NCBI RefSeq assembly: GCF_006345805.1
Contig: NC_043003.1
Span: forward strand, 107,570,001-107,634,000
Source of the DNA: Octopus sinensis
Taxonomy: Eukaryota
Reading direction: 5' to 3'
DNA: 64,000 bases
The notes under the pieces were generated by a model, which saw nothing but the letters and a program-made list of their open reading frames with translations, searched no databases and was not told the origin of the DNA. How positions within the stretch are numbered: position 1 is the first letter of the stretch; every line of letters begins with the position of its first letter. Shown one piece after another: positions 24,901 through 37,919 of the stretch. A program made the translations under genes and the position numbers.

Positions 24901-27508
24901 TTTCACAAATAAAACTTAATCTAATGAACTCGTTACTTTGTTATTAGATGAATTGCTACCCCATCAGAAATCAGTTTTAGTAATTAACTTAAAAGTTGCA
25001 AGTAATTTTTTTTAATGTTTAGAGTTGAACACTTTTGTTACCATATTTCTGTTGGAATACATTGCTTTCTTTCAATTTTGAAAGGAAAAAAAAGTATTTA
25101 GTAAAAGAAGCTTTCTTGATTTGGGGTTTGGAATAAATTAACATGAACTTTTAATGTAGATCATTTTAACCCTTCTGATACCAACCTGTTTGAAATTGCC
25201 TCTGGTTCTTTGTTTTAAAGTGACCTAAATTGAAATAGATCAAAATATGTTAATTTACATTTCTAAACACCACTTCAATAATGAGTTATTTTATTAAATG
25301 GTTAAAACAGGAAGTTTGTATCATAGGACCTAGGATAGTCTTTATGTGGGTTGATATTGAAAGTGTAAATGATCTTGGCCTTTTGTGCTTAAACAAACTG
25401 GTTGGTTTAGCAAACAAAAGTCTTTATGGATATGTGATTAAGATTATAATTATGTATGTTGTATAAAAAGGAAATCTTGAAGCTGTAAGTTGACAAGAAA
25501 TTCTCAAATAAGATCTGGATCTAATCTGAATAGCCATCTTATGTTGACAGTTTCATATATCTTTCATAGGAGAAATCTATAACTCCCGTAGATAAATATT
25601 GTTGTATTTGTTGGGTGTAAATAAAGCCCCCAATGAATGAACCCTTTTGTTACCAACACTGCTTCAGGTTCTGATACAGGCTTCATTTAATCTAAAATCC
25701 TCCTTCAAAATATGTTTCATATATTGGCTTCATTATCATTTAATGTCTGTTCTTGCTGAACAGACATTAAATGATACGTAATTTTGTTTTTTATTGTCTG
25801 CGCTAAGATTCCCCTTTCGATACCAACCTACTTGAGACTGAACTAAAACATTCCAGCCAAATTCCATGTTAATTTATGTCCCAAATTCCAGATTATTAAC
25901 AACAGAATTATTTTAAATTCATTTTCAAAAGTAATTTCAACAAGAATATAACAAAAAGGTTAATGGTTTTTCTAATGTTTCTTCTTACTCTAGAAGAAAC
26001 ACTTAAAAATCTTTTATGGAGACAAAAACAATCTGTATCTTGTTTCTGCTAGGAATGCCAGACACAAGGTAAATAAAACCCTCTTTGAGTGTTCTGTCAA
26101 AATGAAAACCATGCTACCTGAGTATCACTTTTCCTTTTAATACTTTTTGAAATTATGAAATCAAACTTTTCAGATTAAAAGAAGCATCACAGCAAAGTGA
26201 CATCAGAATGTTAATCTTTTGGGAATAACATTGGCTGAGCATGCCCAGCTGGGTTAAAAGTTGGTGGTGGTTTACTGTCAGCCGCAACAAAACCTCGTGT
26301 GCATTATTTATCATGTATTTTGTGTTGAAAGTGTTAAAGTCATAGTAATGAATGGAAATGTGAAATATTGTGCAAAGCAAAAGATCATGAATATCCATAC
26401 CACTTTGGGCTGAAGATCATAATGTGAGCAAAAAGCTACACTGACTTGAGCATCAACATGTCTTAGTCATTGGACCGTGGCCATTCTGGGACACTATTTC
26501 GAAGGGTTTTTAGTCAAATGAATTGATTCCAGTGCTTATGTTTTAAAGCCTGGTACTTTGTCAGTCATTTGCCAAACTGCTAATTTAAGGGGACAGAGTG
26601 GTGATGCGGGGAGGACAGGTATATACATACGTATTTAGAACAATGGACTTCTTGCAGTTTACATCCATCAAATCCACTTACAGGGCTTAAGTTCACCCCC
26701 TGTACTGTAAAAGACACTTGAGATGCCATGCCAGAACTTTGTGGTTAGGAAGCAAATTCTTCACCTGCACCCAAGTGTTTGTGAAATTATTAAAATTGCT
26801 TTTAAATTCACTATATAGTATATAAGGTTTATATAAAACTACCTCCATAGTATACTGGATTACATGTTTAGTCTTATCCAATCACACACATGTTCACAGA
26901 TGCAAATATACCATCAGTCCAAAATGCTAAATTTTTAGGATTTGAAATTTAAAGTTTATCAAATTCTTGAAAATTAAATTATTTGAGTGAATTTGAAGAA
27001 AAAAGTCTTGATTTGGAATGTCTTGGAATTTCATTCCTATTTCATTTCCTAGTTTTGGTCTTATATTGATAGATAATGCAGTAATTTGCACAATTCTTCT
27101 GTATTAAAATTTTGTTCAATAGTCATTGAATATTAATTCATTTTTGACAGATTTATCAAAATAATTTTATATTTTGAATTTATTACCTGTATGTAGATGA
27201 GGCTTGAGACAAAAAATTGTGAAATAAATTTAAGAACTTTTTGTTAAATCGTGTTCCAAAACTAACATTATGTTGATAGATAAATGTTTTTATGGATAAA
27301 TTCATGATTATTTTAGAATTCAATTCAATTGCAACACACTTTAGGGGTGCAGTTTGGTAAGCAATATAGTAATGGAAGAGTTAGGAGAAAAGCAAGGGCC
27401 AGTTTTTTCTTTTTCGTTGTTAGCAATCTGTTTTGATGGCACATTGAAAAATTTAGAAATGCATTTTTAAAATATTTTCTTAAATTTGTTTTTTATTTAT
27501 TTTTTTAG

Positions 27509-27568
27509 CACCTGAATTGTCCCGTGGTGGCCCTTCATCTGACCGTGAATACAGGAGAGCACCTTCTG
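27509..27568 (+). CDS. RPS10: eS10 coding exon 3 (APELSRGGPSSDREYRRAPS)
   Basis: DR..YRR motif; TTTTTAG acceptor, GTAAGT donor; frame consistent. Confidence 0.9.
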
Positions 27569-27857
27569 GTAAGTGATGTATTTAGTAATGTAACAATAAT
27601 TGATATGGGAAATTGGCTTTTAGGCAAGTATAACGAAGGCTCAAGACCAAAACATTTTTTGGTTTTTTCTGTTCTTGTCAGTATAATGGAAATCATAAGT
27701 TATTGGTTAATGTTGCTTATTTCTTCCTGTATATTTATGATTCATATAAACTATAAGAAATTTATAGGTATCATTTGAAACTTATCACCATGTAGGGAAT
27801 TAGCTTTACTAAAAAGAAATGTAATTTCTTGATATGCAATTCTGATTTAATGCTGTT

Positions 27858-27986
27858 TTGCTATGATGATAAGCGCAGGGGTCCTGAAAGCAACCAGAGA
27901 TGTGGGTTGTCAAATCTTTGATTTTAAGAGTTTAACATGTGGTTAACTCTTTATCGTGGATTTGGATTCTGCTTTATTCTGAGCAA
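27858..27986 (+). ncRNA. Box C/D snoRNA, SNORD94/U94-like (predicted guide for U6 Cm62)
   Basis: Terminal stem TTGC/GCAA, box C ATGATGA 27863-27869, D' CTGA 27884-27887, box D CTGA 27979-27982. D' guide GCGCAGGGGTC pairs with U6 G58-C68 (human numbering); intronic in a ribosomal protein gene. Confidence 0.8.
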
Positions 27987-28176
27987 CATGTACTTTGAAT
28001 TGTGGGTTTTAGTATTACTTGAACTACACTTGATAATATTTATATTACCCTATTTTCCAATACTTAAAAGTTGGTTCAATTCTCTTCTTAAAATAAGTGA
28101 TTGAAATTTGAAATTTCTCAGTTTTGGCATATTTAGAATGGTGACATTGTTATTATTTTTGCTTTTTTTTTTACAG

Positions 28177-28235
28177 GAATGGGTGGTGATAAAAAGACTG
28201 ATGCTGGTCCAGGCAGTTTAAGAGACATTCAATAT
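28177..28235 (+). CDS. RPS10: eS10 coding exon 4 (GMGGDKKTDAGPGSLRDIQY)
   Basis: DKK...GPG motif; TTACAG acceptor, GTAAGT donor; frame consistent. Confidence 0.92.
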
Positions 28236-28379
28236 GTAAGTATTTTGAGCAATCACTCATTGTTTTAACCTCCACTTTTTTTTATGCATACATTTTGATA
28301 GATATTTTGTGTATTTAATAGTCCACTGTTTTCAGTATTAATGTTGGAAACACATGCTGAAAGATTTACGTAAAATGTC

Positions 28380-28708
28380 ACGGCTATCTGGCCTCCGTGC
28401 CTCTGGCATGTAAAAGACACCATTCGAGTGTGATCGTCACCAGCATCGCCTGACTGGCACCTGTGCCGGTGGCATGTGTAAGAGATTCGAGCGAGGTTGT
28501 TGACAGTACCACCTGACTGGCCCCCGTGCCAGTGGCACGTAAAAGCAACCACTACACTCTTGGAGTGGTTGGCGTTAGGAAGGGCATCCAGCTGTAGAAA
28601 CACTGCCAGATCAAGATTGAAGTCTGGTGCAGCCATCTGGTTTGCCAGCCCTCAGTCATTCGTCCAACCCATGCTAGCATGGAAAGCGGACGTTAATGAT
28701 GATGATGA
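28380..28708 (+). mobile_element. RTE-3'UTR-type SINE/truncated LINE end
   Basis: Same tail as 22805-23160 and 17360-17635; ends CGGACGTTAATGATGATGATG. Confidence 0.8.
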
Positions 28709-29441
28709 AAAGTTGTGCAGTGGTACTGAACTGGAGACCATGAGGTTGTAAAACAAACTTTTAAACTAGTCATGTCTGTCCTATGCTGTAGAAAAGACAC
28801 CATGTTATTGTTTCTTGCTTTGCTGTTTTTATAAAATAGGCTTTTGCCCTAAAGTATGTGACCTATGAATAAAGGCTGTAGTTATTTTGACAGAATGGAA
28901 TCGTTTATGTCTCTGAATTACTAGAAAAAGCTTGTTAGCTTCACTGAATTTTATACATTTTTTTCTGCTGTCAATAACAATGTACATAAACAATTAAATG
29001 AAACTATTGTATGTCTGGCATAAACTATCCTACTGTTTATGCTAGACACTACTAATTACTTCTAATTATAATCTGCTGTATAATATGAAAATTGACATGG
29101 AGCTGTCTGTTAGATTTTGAATCTCAAAACAAACAGTTGCTGCTTCTGTCACCAGAACTCTTACTACCAATATCATATATCATTGATAATTTCCAAATTT
29201 CAAATGACGAAACATGCTTTCATAAATAGAAAATAAAAATAGGAAAACAAAAAAAAAAAAGATTGAGCTTGAATTGAAATTCAATTATCTTGATTGAGAC
29301 TTTCACTTTTAGTCTTTTCAGTTCATTCTTTGCTTCATGCATACATCCTGATTTTATCATTAAAAGAAATAATTATGTAAATTGTTACATTTATATATTT
29401 GTTTTGCAAGATTTTTGATGTGAAATCATGTGTTGAAACAT

Positions 29442-29837
29442 ATATTGTTGTATTTAGGAATGGTCATTTTGCCAGTTTAGCCAATAAAAACACACGCACT
29501 ATATATTTGGTGTTACTTTGCTTCAGTGTTATTTATTTTTTACATTAATCTTAATCTTATTTCGGCCAGAGTTCTTTCGTCACACTCCTGTGACCTCATC
29601 AGTCGTCCTTTGCTTTCTTCTTTCTTATTTGTGTGTTAGTAAGGAGAGACACACAAATAAGAAAGAAGAAAGCAAAGGACCACTGATGCGGTCACAGGAG
29701 TTTGACAAAAGAACTCTGGCCGAATTAAGATTAATATAAAAAATAAATAATGCTGAAGCAAAGTAACACCAAATATATAGTGCGTGTGTTTTTATTGGCT
29801 AAACTGGCAAAATGACCATTCCTAAATACAACAATAT
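29442..29837. repeat. ~396-bp fold-back palindrome in the last RPS10 intron with hammerhead-like motifs in both arms
   Basis: Arms of ~190 bp, short spacer near 29635-29648. Left-arm minus strand reads CTGATGAG GTCAC aggagt GTGAC GAAA; the right arm has a mutated copy. Confidence 0.9.
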
Positions 29838-29929
29838 GTAAATTGTAACTTGTCTTCTCAGTACTGTTTACAGTTTTTCAATCATATACACAATTTCTAA
29901 TCAGATCTTTAATTTTTGTCATCTTTCAG

Positions 29930-29962
29930 AGAGCTGGATTTGGCCGAGGGAATGTAGAGTAA
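29930..29962 (+). CDS. RPS10: eS10 last coding exon (RAGFGRGNVE*)
   Basis: Conserved R.GFGRG C-terminus; TTTCAG acceptor; AATAAA at 29974-29979; spliced product 156 aa. Confidence 0.92.
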   Translation, partial: RAGFGRGNVE

Positions 29963-30379
29963 TGGATTTTGGAAATAAATAATTTACTGAGTTTAATATT
30001 TTCTTTTGTGTTGCATTTATTAACCATTGTTCACATTACATTACTGTTCAGATTTTATTTTTTTGGTATTGTATGATCAAAATATTGTCTTGTGCTGTTC
30101 ACTTATACTGCAGTTATATACCTTGTTCATCTTGTTGCTGCATGAAGGGTTATTTTTTCTCTTTCTTTATACAATGATGGAAGAATATTTGGTATTTCAG
30201 AGTTTCTGAATGTTTAAAATATGCAATTGAATGATCAAAACTTCCTTTTGAAACAGAGCAATGTTGAGTGAAAACATTACATAAAATTTAACAATTTCTA
30301 TTCATTCTATCATCTTTAAATCAATATAATTATCTGTCTTGTTGGTGAAACGAATAGAACATGATAGCATAAAAAATGA

Positions 30380-30860
30380 GTACCTGCTACAGACATGAAA
30401 AATGGCACCATCTAGGAAACTTGTCTGAATGTAGCCGTCCTCAGCTTCCACAACGACCTGAAGGCACCGGAATCTGGCACATGGGAGTAATCTTCAAGCA
30501 CTATTCTTAGCCACCTGCATGGCCTTGGTGTTGCAGACAGCGGTTGGATGAATTTTGGTGTGTGGACGCTCAGAACACTTCACCACGACTTCGTAGTTTC
30601 TGCTGCAGCTGTTCATGTCACGTCTTACAACTTTTACACTCTTCACAGTGAACAGTAGTCATTTTCATACCCGGCGCAAGTACAGCTTTAAATCTTCATG
30701 CTCTCCAAAGCAGAAATAGTCAAATTTAATTTGAAAACCCATGTACCATAACACTCGAGAGATAGATCAGACGGGCCAAACTATTAAAAACATTGAATTT
30801 AATTTTTCGTTTAGACGTGCCATTCAAAAGGTGCCGCAGGTTTGTGACGTGACTGTATTA
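30380..30860 (-). mobile_element. Degenerate Tc1/mariner C-terminal remnant
   Basis: Minus-strand reading CARFRCLQVVVEAEDGYI resembles the mariner/Tc1 transposase C-terminus. Confidence 0.4.
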
Positions 30861-31621
30861 CAAAGTGTTTGCCTCATTTTTCTCATATTTAGTAGATAGA
30901 CTAATGGAATATTTATGCCTAGGCTAGAGTAATGTCCCTTTTATAAATATTTTTTCTATAAGAAATCTCATTTAAAAAATATTTTGAAATTCATTTCAAA
31001 ATCTGTATCTCAGTAGAAAATTATTAGATTTCCTTTTCTCCAAATAAGTTTAATCGTTAGAATATAAAAGCAATATGTGGATTCTCATTATTGGCAATTC
31101 CTCCAGCGATTTCTAAACTATAGCAGCCTTCTATAACATTATCGCTTTTCATTTATTATAAATTGTCAGAAATTAATGGTTTTAAATTTTGGTACAAAGC
31201 CAGCAATGTTAGGGAGAGGATTAGTCGATTACATAGACTCCAGCGCTCAGAATCGGATCGAGAAAATGCCGCTAAGCATTTTGTCTATCGTGCTGACTTT
31301 TAGATTACTGGAAAATAATACTCCATATATAATCATACTAACGGATTAGGTTTCCTTTGATCTATGATTATATATATTTTATTTGCAATTATTCACTCCA
31401 GCAGTGTTACGTTTGTTTTACAAATTCGTTTCTTTTCCAGTAAGATCAGTATAGATATACATGATGGAACTTGATTATTCGAGTATCTGCACTAGTGATA
31501 TGCTTGCTGTTCTGCGTCATGCAAAAACCACTGAACCATTAGAAGAAACAAAAAAAAAGAACAGAAAAAATACTCTTTATAGTTTTCGCTCTGCTCGTAC
31601 ACGACTCTATTCACAAGTACT

Positions 31622-32800
31622 ATCCTCGATGATAGTGATGCTGTTGACATCGTTTTATTGGACTTTGCCAAAGCTTTTGACTCGGTAAACCACCGCCTAT
31701 TACTTGTCAAGCTTCAAGCATAGTTTCCATCCGGATATTATACGATGGGTTGGTGCCTTCCTCTCAGATCGCTCCTTCCAAGTCCAAGTTAATGGTTCGC
31801 GGTCCGACGTCTCCAGTGCGAGCAGTGGCGTGCCTCAAGGTTCAGTGCTTGGGCCCTTGTTGTTCTTAGTCTTCATAAATGACTTGCCCGACGACTTCAC
31901 GCAACACACCCTTCTATTTGCCGACGATATCAAACTGGTCGCTCCTCGCGGTAATATAGAGGATCTTCGTCGATGCCTCCACCAAATTTGGAAGTGGTCT
32001 AACGATTGGGACCTGTGTCTGAACGTGTCAAAGTGCTGTCATCTGCCTGTCGGCTCTACTCCTGCAACTCAACTTGATTTCGAGCCGGGTCGTCTGCTGC
32101 TGGAGAGGACCGATCAGGTAAAGGACTGGGTATCTTGGTGGATTCCTCCTTTTCGCCTTCGGCCCAGTGCGTCCATGCTGCCAACAAAGCACGCGGAATT
32201 CTGTTCTTGATTCGACGGTCATTCGGAATGCTCACAGCAGCCATATTCCTACCACTCTATGTCACGCTGGTGAGACCCATATTGGAGTATGGGATTCAAG
32301 CCTCTTCTCCTTATCTCCTCAAAGACATACAGCATCTCGAAAGAGTCCAGAAGCTGGCTACCCGCATGGTTCATGGTCTCAAAAATTTGTCCTACGAAGA
32401 AAGGCTGAGGACGCTCGACCTTTATTCTCTTGAAAAACGCCGCCGCCGTGGTGATCTCATTCTCGCCCACAACATTATAAGCGGAAAGTGTAACCTCTCG
32501 AAAGAGCTGTTCTTCACTCCTGCTCCGGAGCGTCGGCTGCGAGGTTATTCCGAAAAGCTCTACCTGCGACGATTTCATCTCAATCGAAGGAGAGGAGCTT
32601 TCTCCGTCCGGGTTGCGGATCCGTGGAACAAGCTGCCAGACGAGATGGTGAAGATGCCGACGACCGCTTTGTTCAAAGCCTCCCTGGACCTCAAGTGGCC
32701 TGAACTCTTTACATGAACACCACCCTGTACTTAACTCCATGTCCCCCTACATGGCCTTGCTATTTGCTTTTGAGCCAAATTAACTAACTAACTAACTAAC
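31622..32800 (+). mobile_element. 5'-truncated CR1-type LINE, near-identical to 36825-38012
   Basis: [34 protein letters not shown] motifs; (TAAC)n tail; constant 5203-bp offset to the full copy in the 3' part. Confidence 0.95.
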
Positions 32801-33441
32801 ATAGTCGGCCCCTCCTTGATTTTTCTCAAAGTCAAGGTCACTGTTCGCAAATTCCATCAACACTATTGCAGACAATTTGAACTCTCTTTGACCGATCGTT
32901 CTTCATCTCACTTAATGAACTATTGCTACTGCTGCTATCAGAATTTACTGCTGTTACTACTATCCCTACAATTAGAAACATTCAAGTTGACGATGACACC
33001 GAGATGTCTTTCCCCGTGTCTGAATTATACCGTTGGTGTCTGGCACCAACGAAAAATCCCTTTCTTTCTCTGTGTTGGGAGAAAAGAGAATTTACAATAA
33101 AAACACACCCTCAGCCCTCCCTCCAACGTATAAATTACTATAAAAATAAATACTTTAAAAGGGAAAAACGTGAGAAAAAAAAGAAGAAAAACTTAATAAT
33201 CTAAATTAACGATAGACAAAAACATGTGCCTTCTCGCACATAAACACAGTATTCACACATGTACAAACATGCGCAGACACAATTATTGAAGTACTAAATG
33301 GCACGTCAAATGATATTTAATCGTGTGGAACATGTTACATGCATATCAATATTCTAAAGTTGGACCTACTATCCCTTATCCTAAAGCTGCTTCAGACAAT
33401 TAGGAAGGTTTCCCGACTCGTTTCACCGTCTGCTTTCAATC

Positions 33442-35039
33442 TTGGATTGTGATTCGGCTCAGCCCAAACTCTCAGATTTTGTCTGCTGTTGCCTACTCCT
33501 ACAAGGATTGCAGCTGTTTTTTGTTCCTGATTTAACTCAGATTTGTCCTAGAGCCCATAGAAGATTGTTTTTAGTCAACCATCCATCATGTCAGCTACCT
33601 ACGGATCGAAACAGATCTGCAAGAAGGGCTTCTCATCAAGTTGATGGTCCTACCAATAGTCAGCTCAACGAGCAGTTGCTGTTGCTCAAACAAGAGGTCG
33701 AGCACCTAAAGTCTGTTGTTGCTCTTTTACTGAATAAACAGTCTCCTGTTGACGCAGAGTCACCCTTGGTTTTTTCCCTGGAGACGTCCAAACCGAAGGG
33801 AACAAAATCGAAGCGGCCAAAGAAAGCGAAGGAACCGGCGGTCGTTTCTGCACATGATCGTTCCTGTGCGGATTCTTCCTCATCTGCCTTTTCGGTCCCG
33901 GAGGTTCCCCAACCTAATTTGAGGTGCGTAGACTCAAACCCACCTGAAGACCGTTGTTCTCCCCAAAAGAAGAAACGTAGTCAAAACTCCAGTGGGGCAG
34001 ATTTAGCTATGAAACCTGACCACGATAAACAGTCGACGCAGAGTCACCCTTGATTTCTTCCCTGGAGACGTCCAAACCGAAGGGAACAAAATCGAAGCGG
34101 CCAAAGAAGGCGAAGGAACCGGCGGTCGTTTCTGCACATGATCGTTCCTGTGTGGATTCTTCCTCGTCTGCCTTTTCGGTCCCGGAGATTCCCCAACCTA
34201 ATTTGAGGAGCGTAGACTCAAACCCACCTGAAGACCGTTGTTCTCCCCAAAAGAAGAAACGTAGTCAAAACTCCAGTAGGGCAGATTTGGCTATGAAACC
34301 TGATCACGATAAAATCTGTTTGGATTCTCCCTCACTTGTCCTTCCCATTAATGCCATTGCTCAACCAATTCTGAACGATCTCGATGTGAGTTCATCTGGG
34401 GAGTGGTGCTCCCCCAAACCGAAGAAGAGGCAGTGCAGTTTCAAACCAGGCGGGAAAATTATGACCACTAAACCCATTCCGATCGACCCCACAGGCCGAC
34501 ATAAGTCTGATGGCTATGAAACCACCCTTTCGAAATCATCCAATGAAGAATCGAATACCGCAGCTCATAGTAGAGAACATTTTGCCCACTCAAGATCAGC
34601 AATCATTTATGGTAAAGCTGAATCCACCTGTGATACAGGCATAAACCGCCTAAAAGATGACATTAATTTTGTTTCCATTTTAGTTGGAGAATTGTTCTCT
34701 GTGAACGAAAATGTCTGTGTCCATAAGGTCGCTCGGCTAGGAAGATTCCAAGCGAACCCAACCTCAGATGCCAGACCACGCCCAATAAGGGTAATCTTTT
34801 CTTCCAATCGGGAGGCTTCAGTCTTTCTGAACAGAGCTCAGACGCATGCCTGGGAGGACCCCAATATGGGTTTTCGCGAGGAATACTCACTAAGAGAGAG
34901 AATTCGCCAGAGAAACCTAATATCCGAACTAAAGATGAGGAAACAAATGGGAGAGAAGAGTTTACGCATCCAAGATGGACAGATAATCAAGTCCTACCTC
35001 TGGTCCCATGCTGTAGTGCTGACAGGGAAAGTGAAGTGA
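33442..35039 (+). pseudogene. CR1 ORF1, broken by an internal ~284-bp tandem duplication
   Basis: ORFs 33442-34053 and 34050-35039 share the duplicated peptide SLETSKPKGTKSKRPKK...MKPDHDK. Confidence 0.8.
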
Positions 35040-35129
35040 GGGCAAATCGAAGTGAAGTTGATACCCCCGTCAACGATGCTATCTCTGATACCCCTTATTC
35101 TGCTTGTTCCCCAACTCCCGCCCCTCAGA

Positions 35130-37919
35130 CTTCACAGCTCAGCATCGTCTATACCAACTCGTGCTTCTTATTCCCAAAGTTCAGTGAACTATTTACACTG
35201 GCCATACGTGACTCCCCTGATGTGATAGCTATCACCGAGACTTGGCTGACTCCAGCAGTAAAGGACTCAGAAATCCACCTGCAAGGCTACGTCCTTTTCA
35301 GATGTGACAGGAAAAAGGCGAGGTGGAGGTGTTGCTGTGTATGTTAAGTCTGAGCACAAACCGTCCAGCGGTATTCTACCCACTAATGCTCAACCTACAA
35401 CAAAATTCGATGCCGTCTATTGCAAGCTGAGCCTATCCGAGTTTTGCCTGCCCGTGTTAGCTGTCTACAGGCCGCCTCTTGCCGACCCCAGGACGATGCT
35501 CATTTACTCGAAGCGATAAGATTCGTTTCAGCTTTGCATGACTGTTTGGTACTAGGAGACTTCAACGCTCCCACGATCGATTGGCCCGCATCAATTTGTA
35601 CAACATCTTCCCGGTTCGGCCAGGCCCTTCTTGACGTGGCTGAAGATTGTTTTCTATCGCAACATGTTGAATATCCGACAAGGCATCGGTCTGGGCAGCA
35701 GCCATCTATGCTAGATCTTGTATTCTCCCGCTATCCAAGATCAGTGTCAGACGTATCTGTGTGCGCCCCTCTTGCCAAGAGTGATCATGCGGTCCTGAAG
35801 TTCGTCATGCACACAACTTTTTCTACGCCCACGACTACTTCGCTGCCACGTAGAGTCTTCTCTGCAATTAATCTTGAAATTCTAACCGAGGCTTCCGCGC
35901 TTCTGGACTGGCGATCCCTGATGACGTTGTCCTCAGTTGACGAACTATGGTCATCCCTCAAAGCATATGTAATCTGGTTGACTGACCAGGCAGTTCCCGT
36001 TGGGCTTCCCAAGAAGAAGAAACACAAGCCCTGGGTGACGAAGAAGGTTAAACGAGAACGTCGACTCAGAGATATTGCTTGGGCTGAATTCAAAAATCTG
36101 GATTCGACTGCAGCTTTTGAGGTGTACAAAACTCAACGAGACCGAGCCGTGAAAATTGAAAAGAAAGACCGCTTCAGTTATGAATACAAAATCGCGGCAA
36201 ATGCCAGTAGCAATCCAAAAACCTTCTTTGCCCATGTCCAGTGGAATTCCCGCTTGAACAACCAGATTGCAACGTTGGTAGACTCAACAGGCGTATCGAT
36301 TGAGGACCCTTATCAACAGAGCCAATTATTTGCCGAGGCTTTTTCAACTATTTTCAAACAAGATGATGGTCGTGAACCCCCTCCATTTGATAGATCGGTA
36401 CCTCCAATGCTTCGATTGGTCATCACGCGGGACGAAGTCAAACTTGTTATTCAAGCCTCGATGTCAACAAGGGTCATGGCCCTGACGGCATACACCCACG
36501 GGTTATCAAAGCGTTGGCTCCGGTCATCTGCGAGCCCTTAACACGTCTATTCAATATGTCATTGGCGACGGGTGTTATACCTGCAGACTGGAGAACAGCG
36601 ATAATCTGCCCAATTTTCAAGAAAGGGAGCCGCGAAGACCCGCTTAACTACCGACCGGTTTCCCTTACATCAATAATCAGCAAGATGTTCGAAACCATCC
36701 TTAAGAAAAGTATGATGCTCCACCTCCTAAACACAGCCTCTATCTCTGATTCCCAACACGGCTTCGTGCCGAAGAGATCATGTTTGACCAACTTACTAGT
36801 AATGGAAGAATTGGTGACGCGCATCCACGATGATAGTGATGCTGTTGACATCGTTTTATTGGACTTTGCCAAAGCTTTTGACTCGGTAAACCACCGCCTA
36901 TTACTTGTCAAGCTTCAAGCATATAGTTTCAATCCGGATATTGTACGATGGGTTGGTGCCTTCCTCTCAGATCGCTCCTTCCAAGTCCAAGTTAATGGTT
37001 CGCGGTCCGACGTCTCCAGTGCGAGCAGTGGCGTGCCTCAAGGTTCAGTGCTTGGGCCCTTGTTGTTCTTAGTCTTCATAAATGACTTGCCCGACGACTT
37101 CACGCAACACACCCTTCTATTTGCCGACGATATCAAACTGGTCGCTCCTCGCGGTGATATAGAGGATCTTCGTCGATGCCTCCACCAAATTTGGAAGTGG
37201 TTTAACGATTGGGACCTGTGTCTGAACGTGTCAAAGTGCTGTCATCTGCCTGTTGGCTCTCCTCCTGCAACTCAACTTGATTTCGAGCCGGGTCGTCTGC
37301 TGCTGGAGAGGACCGATCAGGTAAAGGACTGGGTATCTTGGTGGATTCCTCCTTTTCGCCTTCGGCCCAGTGTGTCCATGCTGCCAACAAAGCACGCGGA
37401 ATTCTGTTCTTGATTCGACGGTCATTCGGAATGCTCACAGCAGCCATATTCCTACCACTCTATGTCACGCTGGTGAGACCCATATTGGAGTATGGGATTC
37501 AAGCCTCTTCTCCTTATCTCCTCAAAGACATACAGCATCTCGAAAGAGTCCAGAAGCTGGCTACCCGCATGGTTCATGGTCTCAAAAATTTGTCCTACGA
37601 AGAAAGGCTGAGGACGCTCGACCTTTATTCTCTTGAAAAATGCCGCCGCCGTGGTGATCTCATTCTCGCCCACAACATTATAAGCGGAAAGTGTAACCTC
37701 TCGAAAGAGCTGTTCTTCACTCCTGCTCCGGAGCGTCGGCTGCGAGGTCATTCCGAAAAGCTCTACCTGCGACGATTTCATCTCAATCGAAGGAGAGGAG
37801 CTTTCTCCGTCCGGGTTGCGGATCCGTGGAACAAGCTGCCAGACGAGATGGTGAAGATGCCGACGACCGCTTTGTTCAAAGCCTCCCTGGACCTCAAGTG
37901 GCCTGAACTCTTTACATGA
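35130..37919 (+). pseudogene. CR1 ORF2 (endonuclease + reverse transcriptase), split over several frames
   Basis: Overlapping ORF pieces 35036-35347, 35304-35519, 35420-36541, 36514-37413 and 37338-37919 give continuous APE-RT homology. Confidence 0.92.

Noticed and set aside
26100-26125. CCATGCTA-C-CTGA as a U6 guide
   Set aside because: Only 8 nt of complementarity, the predicted target C55 is not a site I know, and no box C was found.
28760-29000. H/ACA snoRNA in the last RPS10 intron
   Set aside because: Hairpins and an ACA are visible, but there is no valid ANANNA box at the hinge; not supportable without a covariance search.
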